The notes beneath the pieces were generated by a model. That model was not told the DNA's origin. It did not search any database and worked only from the letters and a program-made list of their open reading frames with translations. This document shows positions 1 through 13,767 of a stretch of 64,000 nucleotides of DNA, piece after piece (the stretch's first letter is position 1; the number at the start of each line of letters is the position of its first letter). Position numbers and translations under genes: made by a program. This DNA is from Podarcis gaigeae (taxonomy: Eukaryota), in assembly GCA_964106915.2 (NCBI GenBank), contig OZ066917.1; one strand, 5' to 3'.

Positions 1-443
1 TCCATTTGTCTCTGGTGAAAATTTACCCCACTTAGCTCCAACTTATCAAGATATTTATGAATTCCAGTCTTCCCCCTTCTGAAATGTCAATATTCTTTCC
101 CAGCCTCCTGGCATTTGAAAACCTGAGATCCAAGTAGTTTTTATCCAAATTACAGATGAAAGTCACGAACATTATGAATACAGCGACAATCATTACAGAC
201 AAAGTTCAATTTGTTGCCTCATGCAAGTATGGAAACAAACTACTAACTGGTATTTCTTGCTACGAGGTTACATTAGACATTCAAATTAGCCACCAATTCT
301 TTTGCTTCAATGTTACATGTTCTGTCTCTTACCATAAGCTCTCTCATCCACTTAGTGAAGTTACACAATTTTTTAAATTAAAAATCCTGCCTTAATTAAG
401 AACTCTTTTTAGAAAATGTTTGCAGCACTGATGTGTTATACTA

Positions 444-445
<2 letters not shown>

Positions 446-485
<40 letters not shown>
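446..485. repeat. (TG)20 microsatellite
   Basis: Perfect TG run read directly. Confidence 0.97.
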
Positions 486-487
<2 letters not shown>

Positions 488-1611
488 GTCATACATGTCA
501 CATTCTACACTAATTTCTACCCATATCAACCTTACATGAATGGTAATTCTTCCAATAGCATTAGCAGAAATAAATGTTAATTACATCCAAATATTTGGAT
601 TGGCTAACATTAAGGATTATTATCCCATGACTGTCAGAACACTCTCATTGTCCTTAGAATTGGCACTTGTGAAGCAATTTCAAGAGTTGTGCCTCTCCCA
701 GTTACCTTTCTGGAGAGTGGAATGAAAAATTGTGGATGACTAACAGCGCCAAACCTCAAGTTCTGTCCCTTTAATAATGAAATTAATCTACAGGATTCTT
801 AAGAACATGCATTACTACATGGGGCCATTTTTAACAGTTTTTGGATACTGCCTCTCTTATCTAGCTTCCTAGAACCCCTCTGGATCTGTAATAGTTTAGA
901 GATGACATGAAATATTTCAATTATACAGTTTCTTTACCTCTACCTTAGCTGTAGAAAATTGGTAGAAATTAATTTATCACCTCACAGATGGAAACAAATT
1001 AGCAGAAACTGCAGCGAAAGACAAGGATCGCCAACAGAATTTGAATTCATTGTGCTTACCGATTAGGGCACACACGCTTCACCCATTAGACTATGCAATC
1101 TTTTGCTTCCTGTCTAGGATAAATTACAGGTGTTAAATTAGTCACAGGAGGGTTCCCCCATTGTTCCATCATTGCAAGAGAAACACTAAAAATTGCAGGA
1201 CTGAATAAAAAATCCTTAAGATGGAGCATAAAAGGTATAATTCTTCTTTTATTTACCCAATAAACCCTTTCATTACTGGGTTATTCCTCCATTCGTGCCT
1301 ACTTTGCAACAGAATAGAATATTCCATAGAGTCCTTAGAATGCTTAAGAAACACGCTCACCCATTTATACCTAACTGTATATTAATCCTTCCTTAATACA
1401 GTGGCATTAACTTGTAGAAACAAATAGATATATAGGCTTTTGACTGCTGGGAGTCCCATATTTTTCATCCTAGAATGAGAGTAAGTTGATGAAGTTCCAT
1501 GAATGTGCATTGCTGTGATGTGAAGGTTTGAACACACAACCAACCTCAGATAAAATGCCCTCACTTATTTGACTTTATTTGGCTCTTTAAGGCCAACTAA
1601 CAACACTATCT

Positions 1612-1938
1612 TAAGAATATAGAAAGACCTCTGCTAAATCAGAACAAAGGCCCATCTGGTCCACCATTCTGTTATCACAGTGGCCAATTAGTCACTTATG
1701 GGAAGTCCACAAGCAAGACATGAGGTCAGCAGCACTGTCAATCTCATGTTTCCCCAGTAGCTGGTGCACAGGGATACATCTTAATGTAGCAAATTGTGAG
1801 GAAGCTGCTCTTTTTCTCTGTGCTGAATCACTTACCATTCAACTATTTTGAGGGGGTGAAAACAATATTTCTGTACACTTTCTTCACACGATGCATAATT
1901 CTATACACCTCTATCATGCCCCCAAATGAAAAAGTCCT
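1612..1938 (-). mobile_element. CR1 LINE 3' fragment (ORF2 end plus 3' UTR), degenerate
   Basis: Minus strand gives GGMIEVYRIMH, like the CR1 ORF2 C-terminus. The 3' UTR (ggcccatctggtccaccattctgttatcacagtggcc) is shared with the copy at 15401-15665. Confidence 0.75.
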
Positions 1939-4253
1939 ATACTATAAAAATCCAATAAATGAATAAATAAAATAAACAGGTGCATAATAAACTCAGGGGT
2001 GGGGAGGGGGATAAAACAGTAAATACACATTAAAACAGATTGAGAAACAGGAACCATAGAAATGCTTGGATAAATAAGTGGGTCTTGAGAACCAGGTTAT
2101 TCCACCTTAGTTGGGGCATTGAGCAAAGCTGGTAAATGGAACTCCTCACTGAGGAAGCTACTTGTGCCTCCAATGATAATGATTAGATCTAGGAGCATGC
2201 CCAGACTACATGTGCATTCTTTTAGAGCAAGGTTTCTGATGGGAGTTGTAGTTCAGCAATATGTGAAGTGCCAAAGGTTTCACAGGGATAAAGGTTCACT
2301 TCATCTGTACAAGAGGGCACAGATTCTCATGCAAATCTGATCTTCCTCCAGTGGACTTAACAGGGAGGCTCATTTGATGCCTTTGTTTCTTATCTTTAGG
2401 TGACAGGCAATAAATATTTTCACATCTGGATCTGGAAGGGAGAAGGATTCTCTGGTCACACTCTGGCTTCTCTTCCCTTTTCAGCCAGCCTACAGTTGCA
2501 GCAAATACTAGGGGAACTAGAGGTTGTAGTGCTGACTGTCAGTGTCCAAGTCCAGAACTGCAACATAGCTAGGATATCCTGAACCCTACCACTGGGATGC
2601 TGGTGGTTTTAAGCTGCCTTGCATCTGACTGGGAGCGCAGGGCACTCAGCTCTTGACAGGACTGCCTCCTCTTATTATGGCTTTGCCTTGAACAATGAGA
2701 GTTATTTAACTATTTTCATTAAAGACAGTGCATTTTTTTGGAAGATAAAGATAATTAAGTGCTGAAAGTGTGGTGATCCATTTGACACAGTGAATAAAAG
2801 ATATGAAGTATTTCTAATAAAAGCAGAACCCCCACTGGGACTTGAACTCACTGCCTATCTTTGCAGTCTAAGCAAAGCATTCTGTTCACTAGGCAAATAC
2901 TTTGCATTCGCTCTCCATTGCTGGAATTTATAACTGTGATATTGGCTGCACACACTGGGTCTCCCAGTTGTTGTTCTCTAAAAGCAAAAGAAATATATTG
3001 TTTCTTGGATGCTCTGTGAAAAAATAAATAATTTTTATAAAAATGAATGTACGTGTTATAACGTTCCAAAACCTGTTCTCTTATTTGTGCCAAGATCTAC
3101 AGTGCATGCTTAATTCCATTGCCCACACTCTTATTTCTTCTGTGTGATATCCTCCCCCCACTCCTTTTCATCAATAAAAAATGTGAAAATAGAATGGGCA
3201 AGGAGGCTTCTGGCTTCTCAGACAGCCACTTCTTCATGAGCAATGCTGAAATAATCTGAATGCCGGATATGGTTAAAGTGAGTAGGTCTGTACAAGCACA
3301 CTCCAAATAATGTCTCCAGTGCTCCATATGGTCAGTGCGCTCAGCTATTGCCTTGGGTCCCCATGAAGCTAGCCCTGCGGAGAAGGAGACAATGCCACTT
3401 ATGTCATACATGGAAGGACTTGTTTCTGCAACTCCCCAAAATGCCACTGCGAATCAAATCACACAGACTTCCAGAAATGCATTTGTCCAACAAAAATTAT
3501 GCCTCTTTTCAAATCCGCCCCCCTTGTCAGGTTAACCAAGCATGTGCACATATACCTGAGTTTTATGCCCTAGATTTTGGGGAAGAGGGATCAACAAAAT
3601 AAGTCTTTTCAACACGTTTTCTTCACTGTTTGTATTCAGTGGTGGACTCCAATAAAGAAGAGGTTTTAAACCTCAAAGAACTATGGAATTCACTGATTAC
3701 GGGCAGTATTTTGTCCCTGAGCTGGTGCAAGATTTTCTTCCACCTGCACTGCCCACACATGCCACCCACCAACACCAATTTCTTCCTTCCCCCTCCTGTT
3801 TTTACTGGGTGTACCAAGGTTCTCAATGGCAATGCCACACTCTGGCAAAGGTCTCTAGGGAATGTAGGGCCGTTCTTCAGAGTGAGGCATTGTGAGTGAG
3901 GTGGTCCCAAACAGCAGCTGCAGTAAAGCGGCAGCATTGCAGGGGTTCTCCAGTGCCACCCAGCTCTGAATGCCTGACATCACTGTGGGAATGCAGCCGA
4001 CCACTTTACTGCAGTGGCAGCACTCCTAGCAGGCAAGGGAAACATGGAAATTCACCACTTTCCTGATTTGCTATCTGTCACAAAGGTCTCAGTGTAGCTA
4101 ACTGGCAGGTTGGCCCTGCACATCCAAACTTGTATGTAAACTTATGAGAATAAAATTTTGCTGAAGTAAAATTGGTGTGGAGGTTTCAAATGCAAACACA
4201 CAGAACCCATTTCAAGATCCATTATCTAGAACAGGGGGTGGGGACTTAGATTA

Positions 4254-4495
4254 CAGTGGTACCTCGGATTAAGAACTTAATTTGTTCCAGAGGTCCGTCC
4301 TTAACCTGAAACTCTTCTTAACCTGAAGCAACACTTTAGCTAATGGGGCCTCCCGCTGCTGGCACACCACTGGATCACAATTTCTGTTCTCATCCTGAAG
4401 CAAAGTTCTTAACCCGAGGTACTATTTCTGGGTTAGTGGAGTCTGTAACCTGAAGCGTCTGTAACCTGAAGCGTATGTAACCCAAGGTACCACTG
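4254..4495. mobile_element. Tc1/mariner (Tigger/pogo-type) MITE, copy 1
   Basis: TIRs cagtggtacctcgg...ccaaggtaccactg, TA on both sides (4252-53, 4496-97). Three further copies in the window. Confidence 0.93.
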
Positions 4496-5889
4496 TACTG
4501 CACTCGCATACTTGTTACAGGAACCTATTTCACATATTGTCCATCTCACGTCAGTGTGGGATGGTGTGTTTCAAAATTCAGAAAGTGTCAGATCATTGAT
4601 ATCTGTGTCTACCTGCTGCACATGAGGATTTGACCAAGGCTGCACTAATGGCCTTACAATGTTTACAAAGTGAAACTGCTGCATTGCCAGGATTCAGACA
4701 TACGTTTAAGTAGAGTGCAATAATAGGAAATAACCACTGAGGTAGCATGAACCCACTGAAAACTTCCTGGATGAATGTCCTATAAAACTTTTGGAGTGGG
4801 CATGGTATAGTAAAAGTAGCAAACAAGAACACCGTACAGACTAGAGCATACAGGATTTATGGGGACAGTGTGCCTTTCTTAGATAAATAGATTTCGATGT
4901 CTTTGCATGTCAAAACAAAACAGCTTGAATTATACCATGAAAGTTATGAAAAGTGAGCACATATGTGAAATTTCTACGAATAAGTCCACCCCACTTACCT
5001 GGAAGTATCCACCATATGGGCACCACCCTAGGCTGGTTACTGGTTATTTCTAGCTATAAAAAATGCTATGGGCAGAATTGATGGACATGATATTCAAAGC
5101 ACTTGAGGTCTTTCAACATGTTTAGCCAGTTCTAAGAACACTTGAAGGGTGGAATTTTTTGTCCTATGTATGGGTTCTTCATAAAAAGCCCTGAGCAATG
5201 GACACCAGGACTCCATGGGATTACTCAGGAGTAAGTGGACTATGGCTCTGGAGGGCGGTCTGCCTCTGAGTACCAGATGCTTGGTGTGGGAAGGACTGTT
5301 GTTTTCCTGCTCTGCTTGTGGGCTTCCAAGAAGCATCAAGAGGGACACTGTTAAAAACAGGATTCTGGACAAGGTGAAACCTAGAAGAGCTGAAACCTGA
5401 GAGCTGCATTCTCTTGGAGAAACTCAGTGGATGTATGTCAGTGAGGGGTATGGCAAGAGTTGGCTATGCATGATGCCAGAGGCACCCCACATTGTCTCTC
5501 ATTCTAAAATTGTATCAAGATGATCACAACCCCACACTGCTTCTCTTTGTTTTCAGAAGAGGGAGGGAGCGAGAGAGAGAGGGATGAAGGGTGATCTTAA
5601 AACAAAAAGACAGATAGAATATGGGGTGGTAATGATCTTAACTTAAGGGATAAAAACACAGACAGATAAAAAGAGACAAATAAAAGGACAGACAGGAAGG
5701 ACAGCTTTTTGCCTTCTTCGACAGGGTCCCTCTCCCTCCCTCTCCTCAGTTGTCTGAGTTGCATGTAATCATATGTGTGGTTGTTATAAAAATCTAGTTA
5801 GTTAGTTAACTAGATGTCTAGTTAGTAGGCATCCTATCATATTCTCTACTTTTACCTGGACTGAAACTGTCGCTCTTCAAATATGAGCT

Positions 5890-6184
5890 TATGGCCAGTC
5901 CTACCATTAGGCAGAGTGAGACAACTGTATCAAGGTGCAGATACTCAGAGGCAGCAGTAGCAGCCGCTGCCTATTCCTTCTGAGTCCTCAGCTATTTCCT
6001 TGTGGACTTTTCATGGGCTTTTCTGGGCCCTCTAACCAGACCTCCTGTTTCAAGCATATAGGAACATGTTCTTCCATCATCAGAGTTGATGTAAGATGCC
6101 AGTCCAGTCAACATCTGCATGTGGAAATGGGAGTGTGCACCATATTGCCCAATTCAGACAGCAAAATGTCTCAGGCCAACCCTG
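5890..6184. mobile_element. Degenerate non-autonomous hAT-like element
   Basis: Ends tatggccagtcct... and ...aggccaaccctg resemble CAGGGCCGGCCC-type hAT TIRs; no intact TSD. Confidence 0.45.
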
Positions 6185-7351
6185 AGTGTATTTTGGTTTA
6201 TGCTTGCAGCATTGATACAGAACATGCCGCACTGAATCTTTATAAACGTATTCTAAAAAAATAATTATTCAATCTGATTTGTATATTTTCATTTAGAATA
6301 TTTATATAATGGAAGCTATGATTGACAACTACAGGTTTCTTGTGTGTGCAGAAGTATGCAGCTCCCTCTGGATCCACACTTTGCAAAGGTCAGCTGGCTC
6401 TCTCCAGGTTTAATTCCTTTCTTGCTGCTACTGTTCAGAAGTAAATGTTCACTTTTTATTAAAGATCAAAAGAAGAGGTGCTTGTAATCCTCCTGACTCT
6501 GGACTTCTAATACAAATTGAAAGCTTAGTTCAGCGCAATACTTGCTAAAATGAGAGAGAAATCAGCTTCTGATTCCTAGAGGAAGTGGAATAATTGCATG
6601 TGTTTGTGTGAGAGAAAGAGTGTGTGAGAGTTTTAACTCTTATGTCGTATTCCTTTTCTTTGTTGGGTTTTAAGTGTGTGTGTGTGAAACTATATAGGGA
6701 GGCTGATGAGTTTGCATTAAGAACCAGCACAATTTTGGTTCCAGTGAGGATTTAACAACTTGTTAAAAAGAAAGAAAAATCAGAACTGTAAAGAATAAAT
6801 GTACAAATCTGCTTCATTTTGTATTCAGTATATTTATAAGCCAACAACAGATCCATTCAAAATGGCAGAAAGAAAACCTCTTGGACTACAGCCCAGCCTG
6901 TCAGACACACTCCACCCTTCAAATCAACATAGGAGAACACCTCTCAATATACAGTATGGAGTTAGTCTTATCAGGTTGCTAAGGTAGTACAAATCAAATG
7001 GAAGGAACTGAAAAGAACTCTTATTAACCAGGAGTGACTTTATTCATTAATGTATATGCAGTTATTGCATTACAACAGCATTGCATGCAGGTAAAGCATT
7101 AAAAAACAACAACCCCAGCCTTCTGCTTCACTCAGATAAATCAATAAAATAAGCTACTGACTGCTCTGAAGTGGAAGAAACTCTCACAAGAGCAGAAGGA
7201 ATGCCAAATCAGATGTTTGGAGCCTAGGAGGGAGACAGAGTGTTCAAATGGAAATAGTTTGGCAGTGCCAGAGCAGAAGACAAACGTAACAGGATGCAAA
7301 ACAAGCAGCGTGGAAGAGGTCTATTATGCAGAAGAAGGGCCATAGATGCAT

Positions 7352-7427
7352 TATGCAGCCAAGTCTTATCCGTGTTTACTCAGAAGTAAGTCCCACTGTG
7401 TTCAATGAGGCTTGCTTCCAGGTTAAG
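7352..7427. mobile_element. Short palindromic squamate DNA-repeat remnant
   Basis: Imperfect hairpin gaagtaagtcccactg...caatgaggcttgcttc; a related remnant lies at ~41361-41425. Confidence 0.5.
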
Positions 7428-8805
7428 AGGGAGCCGTAATGAGGCAATGAAACTTCGTTGCATAGCTGCACTACAAAGCAGGGCACTGCCTCATCAGTTG
7501 CTCTCTTACCTAGAGACCATTGTATATTTATATTTGTGTCTTTTCAGCATTTTTGAATCACCTCCTCTTCCTAAGTTTCTATCCAATATTTGTTTCATTT
7601 AGATAGTTCAAATTATCTGTGTCTTACTGGAGAAAGTTTCATTTTAAATGGTCGACCATCCTATGTTATGATTTAGAGTAAGGGATGCAGAGATGTTTTT
7701 AAAAAGTGGAATCTGATATGTAAAGAAAGAGTTGGGACTCTCAGAGAAGTTGGGAATCTCAGGGCAGGGAATCAATTGCATTGTTATATTTATAATTCAT
7801 CTTTTTTCATGAAAGCAAAACTCCAAGCAATTTGCTAAACACATTGTGTACAATATATACTATCTTGGATAAACAGTTGGAATGAGTTCCAATGAAGAAA
7901 AATATTGAGTGAGACATCATGTGGATTATCCACTCTGTTTACTATAAATTTTAAATGATGTTTTTTCTCTTATGATATTTTGATATTAATATCATATATA
8001 GTATATGAATTAAACAAATAAATTTAGTTTAAAACTTTAGTTTAAAACTGCAGTTGGCAGCAGCATTGGAGTCGGCAGCATGGCCAGGGTATTTTCTCTG
8101 CCTTCCTCAGTCAGCTGCCTCCTCCCAGCCAGGCACTCATCTCTCCTATGCTTCTCCTATGCCAGGCTTGCTCATTGCGCTTGGGCTGCCACTGCGGTAG
8201 TTTGGGGGGGGTGGCATGGAGGGAGCAAGCGAACAAGTGGGGAAAGGTGGGGAACAGACATGCATAAGCCTCACCCATCACCACTGCTGAGCCCCCTTGC
8301 TCCTCCTGAAGGCAAGCTAGAAACAGAGGGTAGCGCTTGGCTGGGGGAGGCAGCCAAGGTAGATGGAGGGGGGAGAAAAAATACTGAGGAAACCCCCAGA
8401 AAAAAATTATGGGGGGGGGGGAGGGACCACAGTCCTCTAGAGCTGGTGCCTATGCTTTGTTGACTCATTTCAAAAATAAAATATCTGGAGGGCCAAAGGT
8501 TCCCCCACATTTGAGGCATGTCATTCTTTGGAACAAGAAATATCAGAAGTAAAAATAGGTTTGCAAATGTGACTTTGATGGGGGCATCATAGTATAACAC
8601 ATCTTGGGAGCTGCAATTTGTCACAGCTTCCAGATACCAGGTCCTGATTTCTCTGCAATTTTATAAATGTACATCACTGCTTTGTATTTTAGGGGGCTCA
8701 CCACTTCCAGCACACAGGCATTGTAAGCTTTGAAGCAACCTCAGGTTTCCCATCCGTGAGCATCCGCAGAATTTTCAGAATGCAATCGCCTACAAATTTA
8801 CAAAA

Positions 8806-9002
8806 NNNNNNNNNNNNNNNNNNNNNNNNNNNNNNNNNNNNNNNNNNNNNNNNNNNNNNNNNNNNNNNNNNNNNNNNNNNNNNNNNNNNNNNNNNNNNNN
8901 NNNNNNNNNNNNNNNNNNNNNNNNNNNNNNNNNNNNNNNNNNNNNNNNNNNNNNNNNNNNNNNNNNNNNNNNNNNNNNNNNNNNNNNNNNNNNNNNNNNN
9001 NN
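8806..9002. other. Assembly gap (197 N)
   Basis: Run of n characters. Confidence 1.
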
Positions 9003-9394
9003 AGAGTCTCCTCTGGCAATAATGCAAGAAGTGTTAAGAGGATTCTCATTAGAGTCATAGCACTGTGACAACTTATTATTCTTTCTGTAGTGGTTGAGAC
9101 AGCTCTTTGTAGCATTCTGAGACAATGTGTTCACAAATTTGACAGGGCATCACACTGGCAATGAATCAGAGTATTAATTTAAACCTTTCCAAAACCTGCA
9201 GCCAGTAGAACTCTCTGGTTCCACTAGATGCCCTTCTGCATACTTTGTTCTATTTCCTTCTTTCCAACTAGTTGTCTCACACACCTGCAATTTGTGTGTG
9301 AACGAGCTTTGGAAGCTAAACCAAGCTGAACCTGTTTCCTTTCTTGTTGCTAACCTGTCCTCTCTTTCGAGTTGACCCATGAGTAGCAGCTTGC

Positions 9395-9580
9395 CCTGGC
9401 ATTATCTATACCATTTAGGATTTTACGCTCAATTAAATCCCCTCCTAATGGCCTTTCCATCTCCTCCCTCTCTATAGGCTACCAAGGCTTGTGCTTTATT
9501 TTTAGCATGCTCTCTTTGCTGAAGACCCACAGCATCTTACAACCCATTTGTTGCCCTTCTGTGCACCTTTTCAGCTTTGC
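9395..9580 (-). mobile_element. Ancient CR1 ORF2 C-terminal remnant
   Basis: Reverse strand reads EKVHRRAT, then RGDLIE..KILNGID with frameshifts, matching the CR1 motifs LEKVQRRATKM and RGDLIEVYK. Confidence 0.6.
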
Positions 9581-10097
9581 CAATGCTGATGGAGCTCAAG
9601 GTATCAAGCGAGGTGAAGAATGTTATTTCACTGCCTACCACTTTCCCTTAGGCTTGGGTTCATGTGCCACAGTGGGGGTGAGTTGATCTGCCACTATATA
9701 TCAATTGCTTCACCAGTATTCATACTGCCATTGGATGAAGTTTAAGTTCCACAGCTTTACCTTGCCATGTCCATGCCCTCTTTTGTTCTAAAAGGGAATT
9801 TCACCCAATATGTTTATAACCTCTCTCTCCTCACAGCACACATTTGGATGTATGCATTTTGAACGTTACTCATTTTAAGGAAACTGCATACATAGTGTGG
9901 TTTGATCGAGGGAAAGCACACTGGGAAGAAACTGAATGGTGAATACAGACCTCCATTTAGAAAGTGGCATTTTACCAAGCTGTGCACATGACCACTACAT
10001 AAGCTTGTCATTTGTAAAGTTCTACCAAGTGGTGCAGTGAATTTTATAATAGCACCTGTTTAGGAGTTGGTGACAAGCAAGTGGCAAAGTCCTAATA

Positions 10098-10312
10098 CAG
10101 TGGTACCTCGGGTTAAGAACTTAATTCGTTCTGGAGGTCCGTTCTTAACCTGAAACTGTTCCTAACCTGAGGTACCACTTTAGCTAATGGGTCCTTCTGC
10201 TGCTGCTGCGTGATTTCTGTTCTCAGCCTGAAGCAAAGTTTTTAACCTGAGGTACTATTTCTGGGTTAGCGGAGTCTGTAACCTAAAGCGCCTATAACCT
10301 GAGGTACCACTG
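10098..10312. mobile_element. Tigger/pogo-type MITE, copy 2
   Basis: TIRs cagtggtacctc...gaggtaccactg; TA at 10096-97 and 10313-14. Confidence 0.93.
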
Positions 10313-10367
10313 TAATAACTTGAGAATGTGTTACAGACAACCAGCATGCCAGTAGATTACACAGATA

Positions 10368-10509
10368 CATAATTGTAATGCTGGAAGTGACCCTTGGGGT
10401 CATCTAGTCCAATCCAATGCAGGAAACTCAACTACATCATGCATGACAGATGGCAATCCAACCTCTGCTTAAAAACCTCCAATGGAGGAGAATCCATCAC
10501 CTCCTGAGA
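10368..10509 (-). mobile_element. CR1 3' end fragment
   Basis: gacccttggggtcatctagtccaa...aacctctgcttaaaaacctcc is the reverse complement of the CR1 tail at 44397-44550. Confidence 0.75.
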
Positions 10510-11436
10510 GTTGGAATAGTGAACTTCTGGTAACAGTGACAGTCCACACTTGGAGGTATTTGCTTGAATCAACCAGAAGCAATCAGAAACAACTTTCTGT
10601 TGTGACCCTGCAAACTGGCAACTGATTTTAACTTTTCTTCAGGTTATCAAATGTTTTCTGCTGTTACTGAGTTGTGTCATTCCTGTGAATTCCTCTTCCA
10701 TTTTAAGTATTGACTACTAGCAACAGATGTGGTGTGAACTGGGGAACACTCCCTCCAATGTTGTCATGCTGTGCTGTATCAAGTAGTAATAATGGCCACA
10801 GTATCCCACCAGTAAGTTAGTTTGTACCGCACCAGATGTTGTAGTGGTGCCATTGACAAGTCGCTAACTATCTGCTTCTTTCAGTTAGTGTTTGAAGAAT
10901 CTAGGACTTGTCTGTCTTGACACTGTTATCTGGAAACCTGATGGATTAACCTTGGGTTGGATCTATCCAGATCAATACCTTCCTTAACAGAGCTGGAAAC
11001 ACGGTGATCCATCTTACAGACGAATTCTAAACACATGGGCACAGCCACTTGTCAGCTTATCATTAAATATCCCTTAGGGATTCTTCCCCACCCCCAGTAA
11101 GCTCACAAGTCAGATCTGAGTAAACATATATTGAACATATACACATAATAAATGTACTTATAACTTGGATTTGTATCCTGTCCTGTCTTTACAGATCCAG
11201 GCATATTACACGATTTTATTTTATTTTTGGTTTTTTTTTAAACAGAAGCATAGAAATACCTCTAAAAGGTGCACTACTAGACAAATAAATTCAAGCCTCA
11301 ATTAAGCTTCAAACTGTATTTGCCATTGGAGATCCATGACTAGCCTTGCTGATGTCTCTTTTACTCTGAAAAAGCACTGTTTGTAAGGGAGTGGTTATGA
11401 AGTGCATTGAGGTTGTAACACTACTTATTCTACTGC

Positions 11437-11482
<46 letters not shown>

Positions 11483-11600
11483 TTATTTGTATGCTGCCGA
11501 TTTGATTGGGTTGCCCCAGCCATTCTGAGTGGCTCCCAATAAAAAAATTGTAAAAGCCCAATACAGCATCACACTTCCCTGAATTAGGTTGAGTTTAACA
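11437..11600 (-). mobile_element. L2-type LINE 3' end with (TAA)15 tail
   Basis: (TAA)15 at 11437-11481 abuts gattgggttgccccagccattctgagtggc, the reverse complement of the copy at 51855-52010. Confidence 0.7.
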
Positions 11601-11788
11601 CTTACTGTACCTACACAATTTTTCCAGTTTAGAACATTCTTCAAGACTGCTATTACCCTTAAGGCTACATAAGATAGGCAGCTGAATTGTACCCCTTTTC
11701 GCCCTCCAGTAGTAGTGTGGGGTGTGCATAGTAAATTTAATACAAGGAAATTGTGCTGGGTGGATGTGTTAAGCTTCCAGTGCTGCAG

Positions 11789-11797
11789 CCCTAACCC

Positions 11798-11839
<42 letters not shown>
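11789..11839. repeat. (CCCTAA)2 running into (TAA)14
   Basis: ccctaaccctaa at 11789-11800; TAA run 11798-11839. Confidence 0.9.
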
Positions 11840-11841
<2 letters not shown>

Positions 11842-13767
11842 CTATTACTACTACTATTAATGGATTACCCACCCTTCACCATAATTTCTCCTTGTAGCAG
11901 CCACACCAACGTGGGATTCCAGTCTGTAGTGAGTGGCTACCCAGTGAAACTAAGCTTACAGCACCCAAGTTACCCCACAGGCTGCTTTTGGGAGGTGGCA
12001 AAATGTGATTTTTCCCTTCTCCTCCCCCATACACAAAAGGAGGGCTTCCTTTTGTGTCTATGTCTGAATGCAGTGCTGGAAATGAGTAGTAACTGCAAAT
12101 TTGTGCCATCATAATCCAGAAAGACCCATAGGATGGAGCCATCTCGAGAGCGATAAGTGGTTTGAGGTGTAAACACAGTAATAAAACAAAGAAGCCAAAC
12201 GTAATTACTAAGTGGCAAGCGGATATAATAAAGAGTTTGACTGTGAGATTGGACATTCGGGGTTTCCATTTGTGCTTCCACTACCACAGTTCAGTAAAGG
12301 TGAGAGAGTTTGACCTTTCTCTATTCTTAGGGAAATTATTTCTTAAATAAATAAACATTCCATTCCTGGTTACAAGCACCAACGTAGTTTAGCTCAAACT
12401 TAATAGAATATTTTTTTGTATGCATGGGTGAGAGAGGTGTCACTTAGGTGTTGAGGGAGGTGTCAATTTTATGTAACAAGACAGCCTTCTCTCTGTCATT
12501 CTCACTCTTACTCACTGTTGTCTTTTAAATGTATTCTACACAGACAAGTTTGTTTTCCGTAGTGCTGAGAAACATATAAAGTAAGAAATCTGACTTAAAG
12601 GGAAATTGATGTAGAAGAGGAAGAGGGAATTCTATATATGCTGTTCTCTCTTTTTCATGTAGCAGTACTTGAAAAATATAACAAAGTGTAGGTTTGGTCT
12701 TCTGGGTGCTGCCACCCCGAATAATCCAAACCCAGTTAGATGGACTAATAGACTTAACACCATTAAGACAGCTTTGTAGGACGTGATGGGAAAATTGGTG
12801 CCTTGTGAAATGTATGGCCGCCGTCCATATGGCACAGAATGATGAAATGCAAAACCTAGGCTGAAATCATGGCAGTCTCAATTCTCTGCCTGTTAAATGG
12901 AAATAATTGTGAACCTGAAACTTCATGAGAGCCACCAGGAACAGAAGAGAGACAGACAGATAGAGACAGAAACAGAGAAACAGAGAGAAACAGAGGCAGA
13001 AACCATGCAAAGAACCCCACAGATTTTTATGACTACTACTACAACATCTATTGGGGAGAAATATAAAGCTTCACTCTCAAGCTTTAGGGTCAATCCACCA
13101 GGACCGTCACCTCTGTAAGACTCAATGTATAAAAACAGTTATGAAAGATCTCAACACTGTTCTTCAATATCACAATTTCAGAGGACTTGTACAGTGGAGC
13201 TCGTGGTTTCTAATGAGACTCTTGCAGATTAAAACAAAGCACCTATCTGCTTCCTGTTAAGTCCCCCCCCCCTTCTTAAACATTTCCTAGTCATTCAGGG
13301 AAATTAAACTGCATAGACCACAGGTCAAACATTCCATCCAGTTATGGGACTACATTATAAAGATTTGGGCACTAGGGCATCACAAACCAAACCAATAACC
13401 ATTTGTTATGTTGTTGCTTAAACTGAGGGAATTTTAAAATGGAACACATTTAATTGGCTCTTGTTTAAGACAAATGTTAACATAATTAAAAAGCTACTGG
13501 AGGTTCCTAGTGGTGAAGGATGACTATAGTCTAGTTTTCACTGAGCTAGCAAAATCTGTGTCTAGGCTCTGCCACTGCAAACTTCACTTGAGAGGTCACA
13601 TTTAAGGACACGATGGACCCATTAAAGTCCAGCGATTCCCAGTTCTGCATGGGGAATGGGAGTAAGTCTGCCATATTTCTGAGTGGATTTTAAAGAAACA
13701 ATTATTTAAAAACTAAGCAGAAGCAACTTTTTTTTTTTAAAAAAAGAAATAATTATGAAGTGGTCCA

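Noticed and set aside
8065-8454. Possible hAT element ending gagctggtgcctatg
   Set aside because: Only one plausible terminus and no TSD; boundaries cannot be supported.
8698-9134. Four ORFs containing X runs
   Set aside because: Artefacts of the N gap.
11483-11897. Poly-Leu and poly-Asn ORFs resembling a signal peptide
   Set aside because: Translations of the (TAA)n microsatellite.
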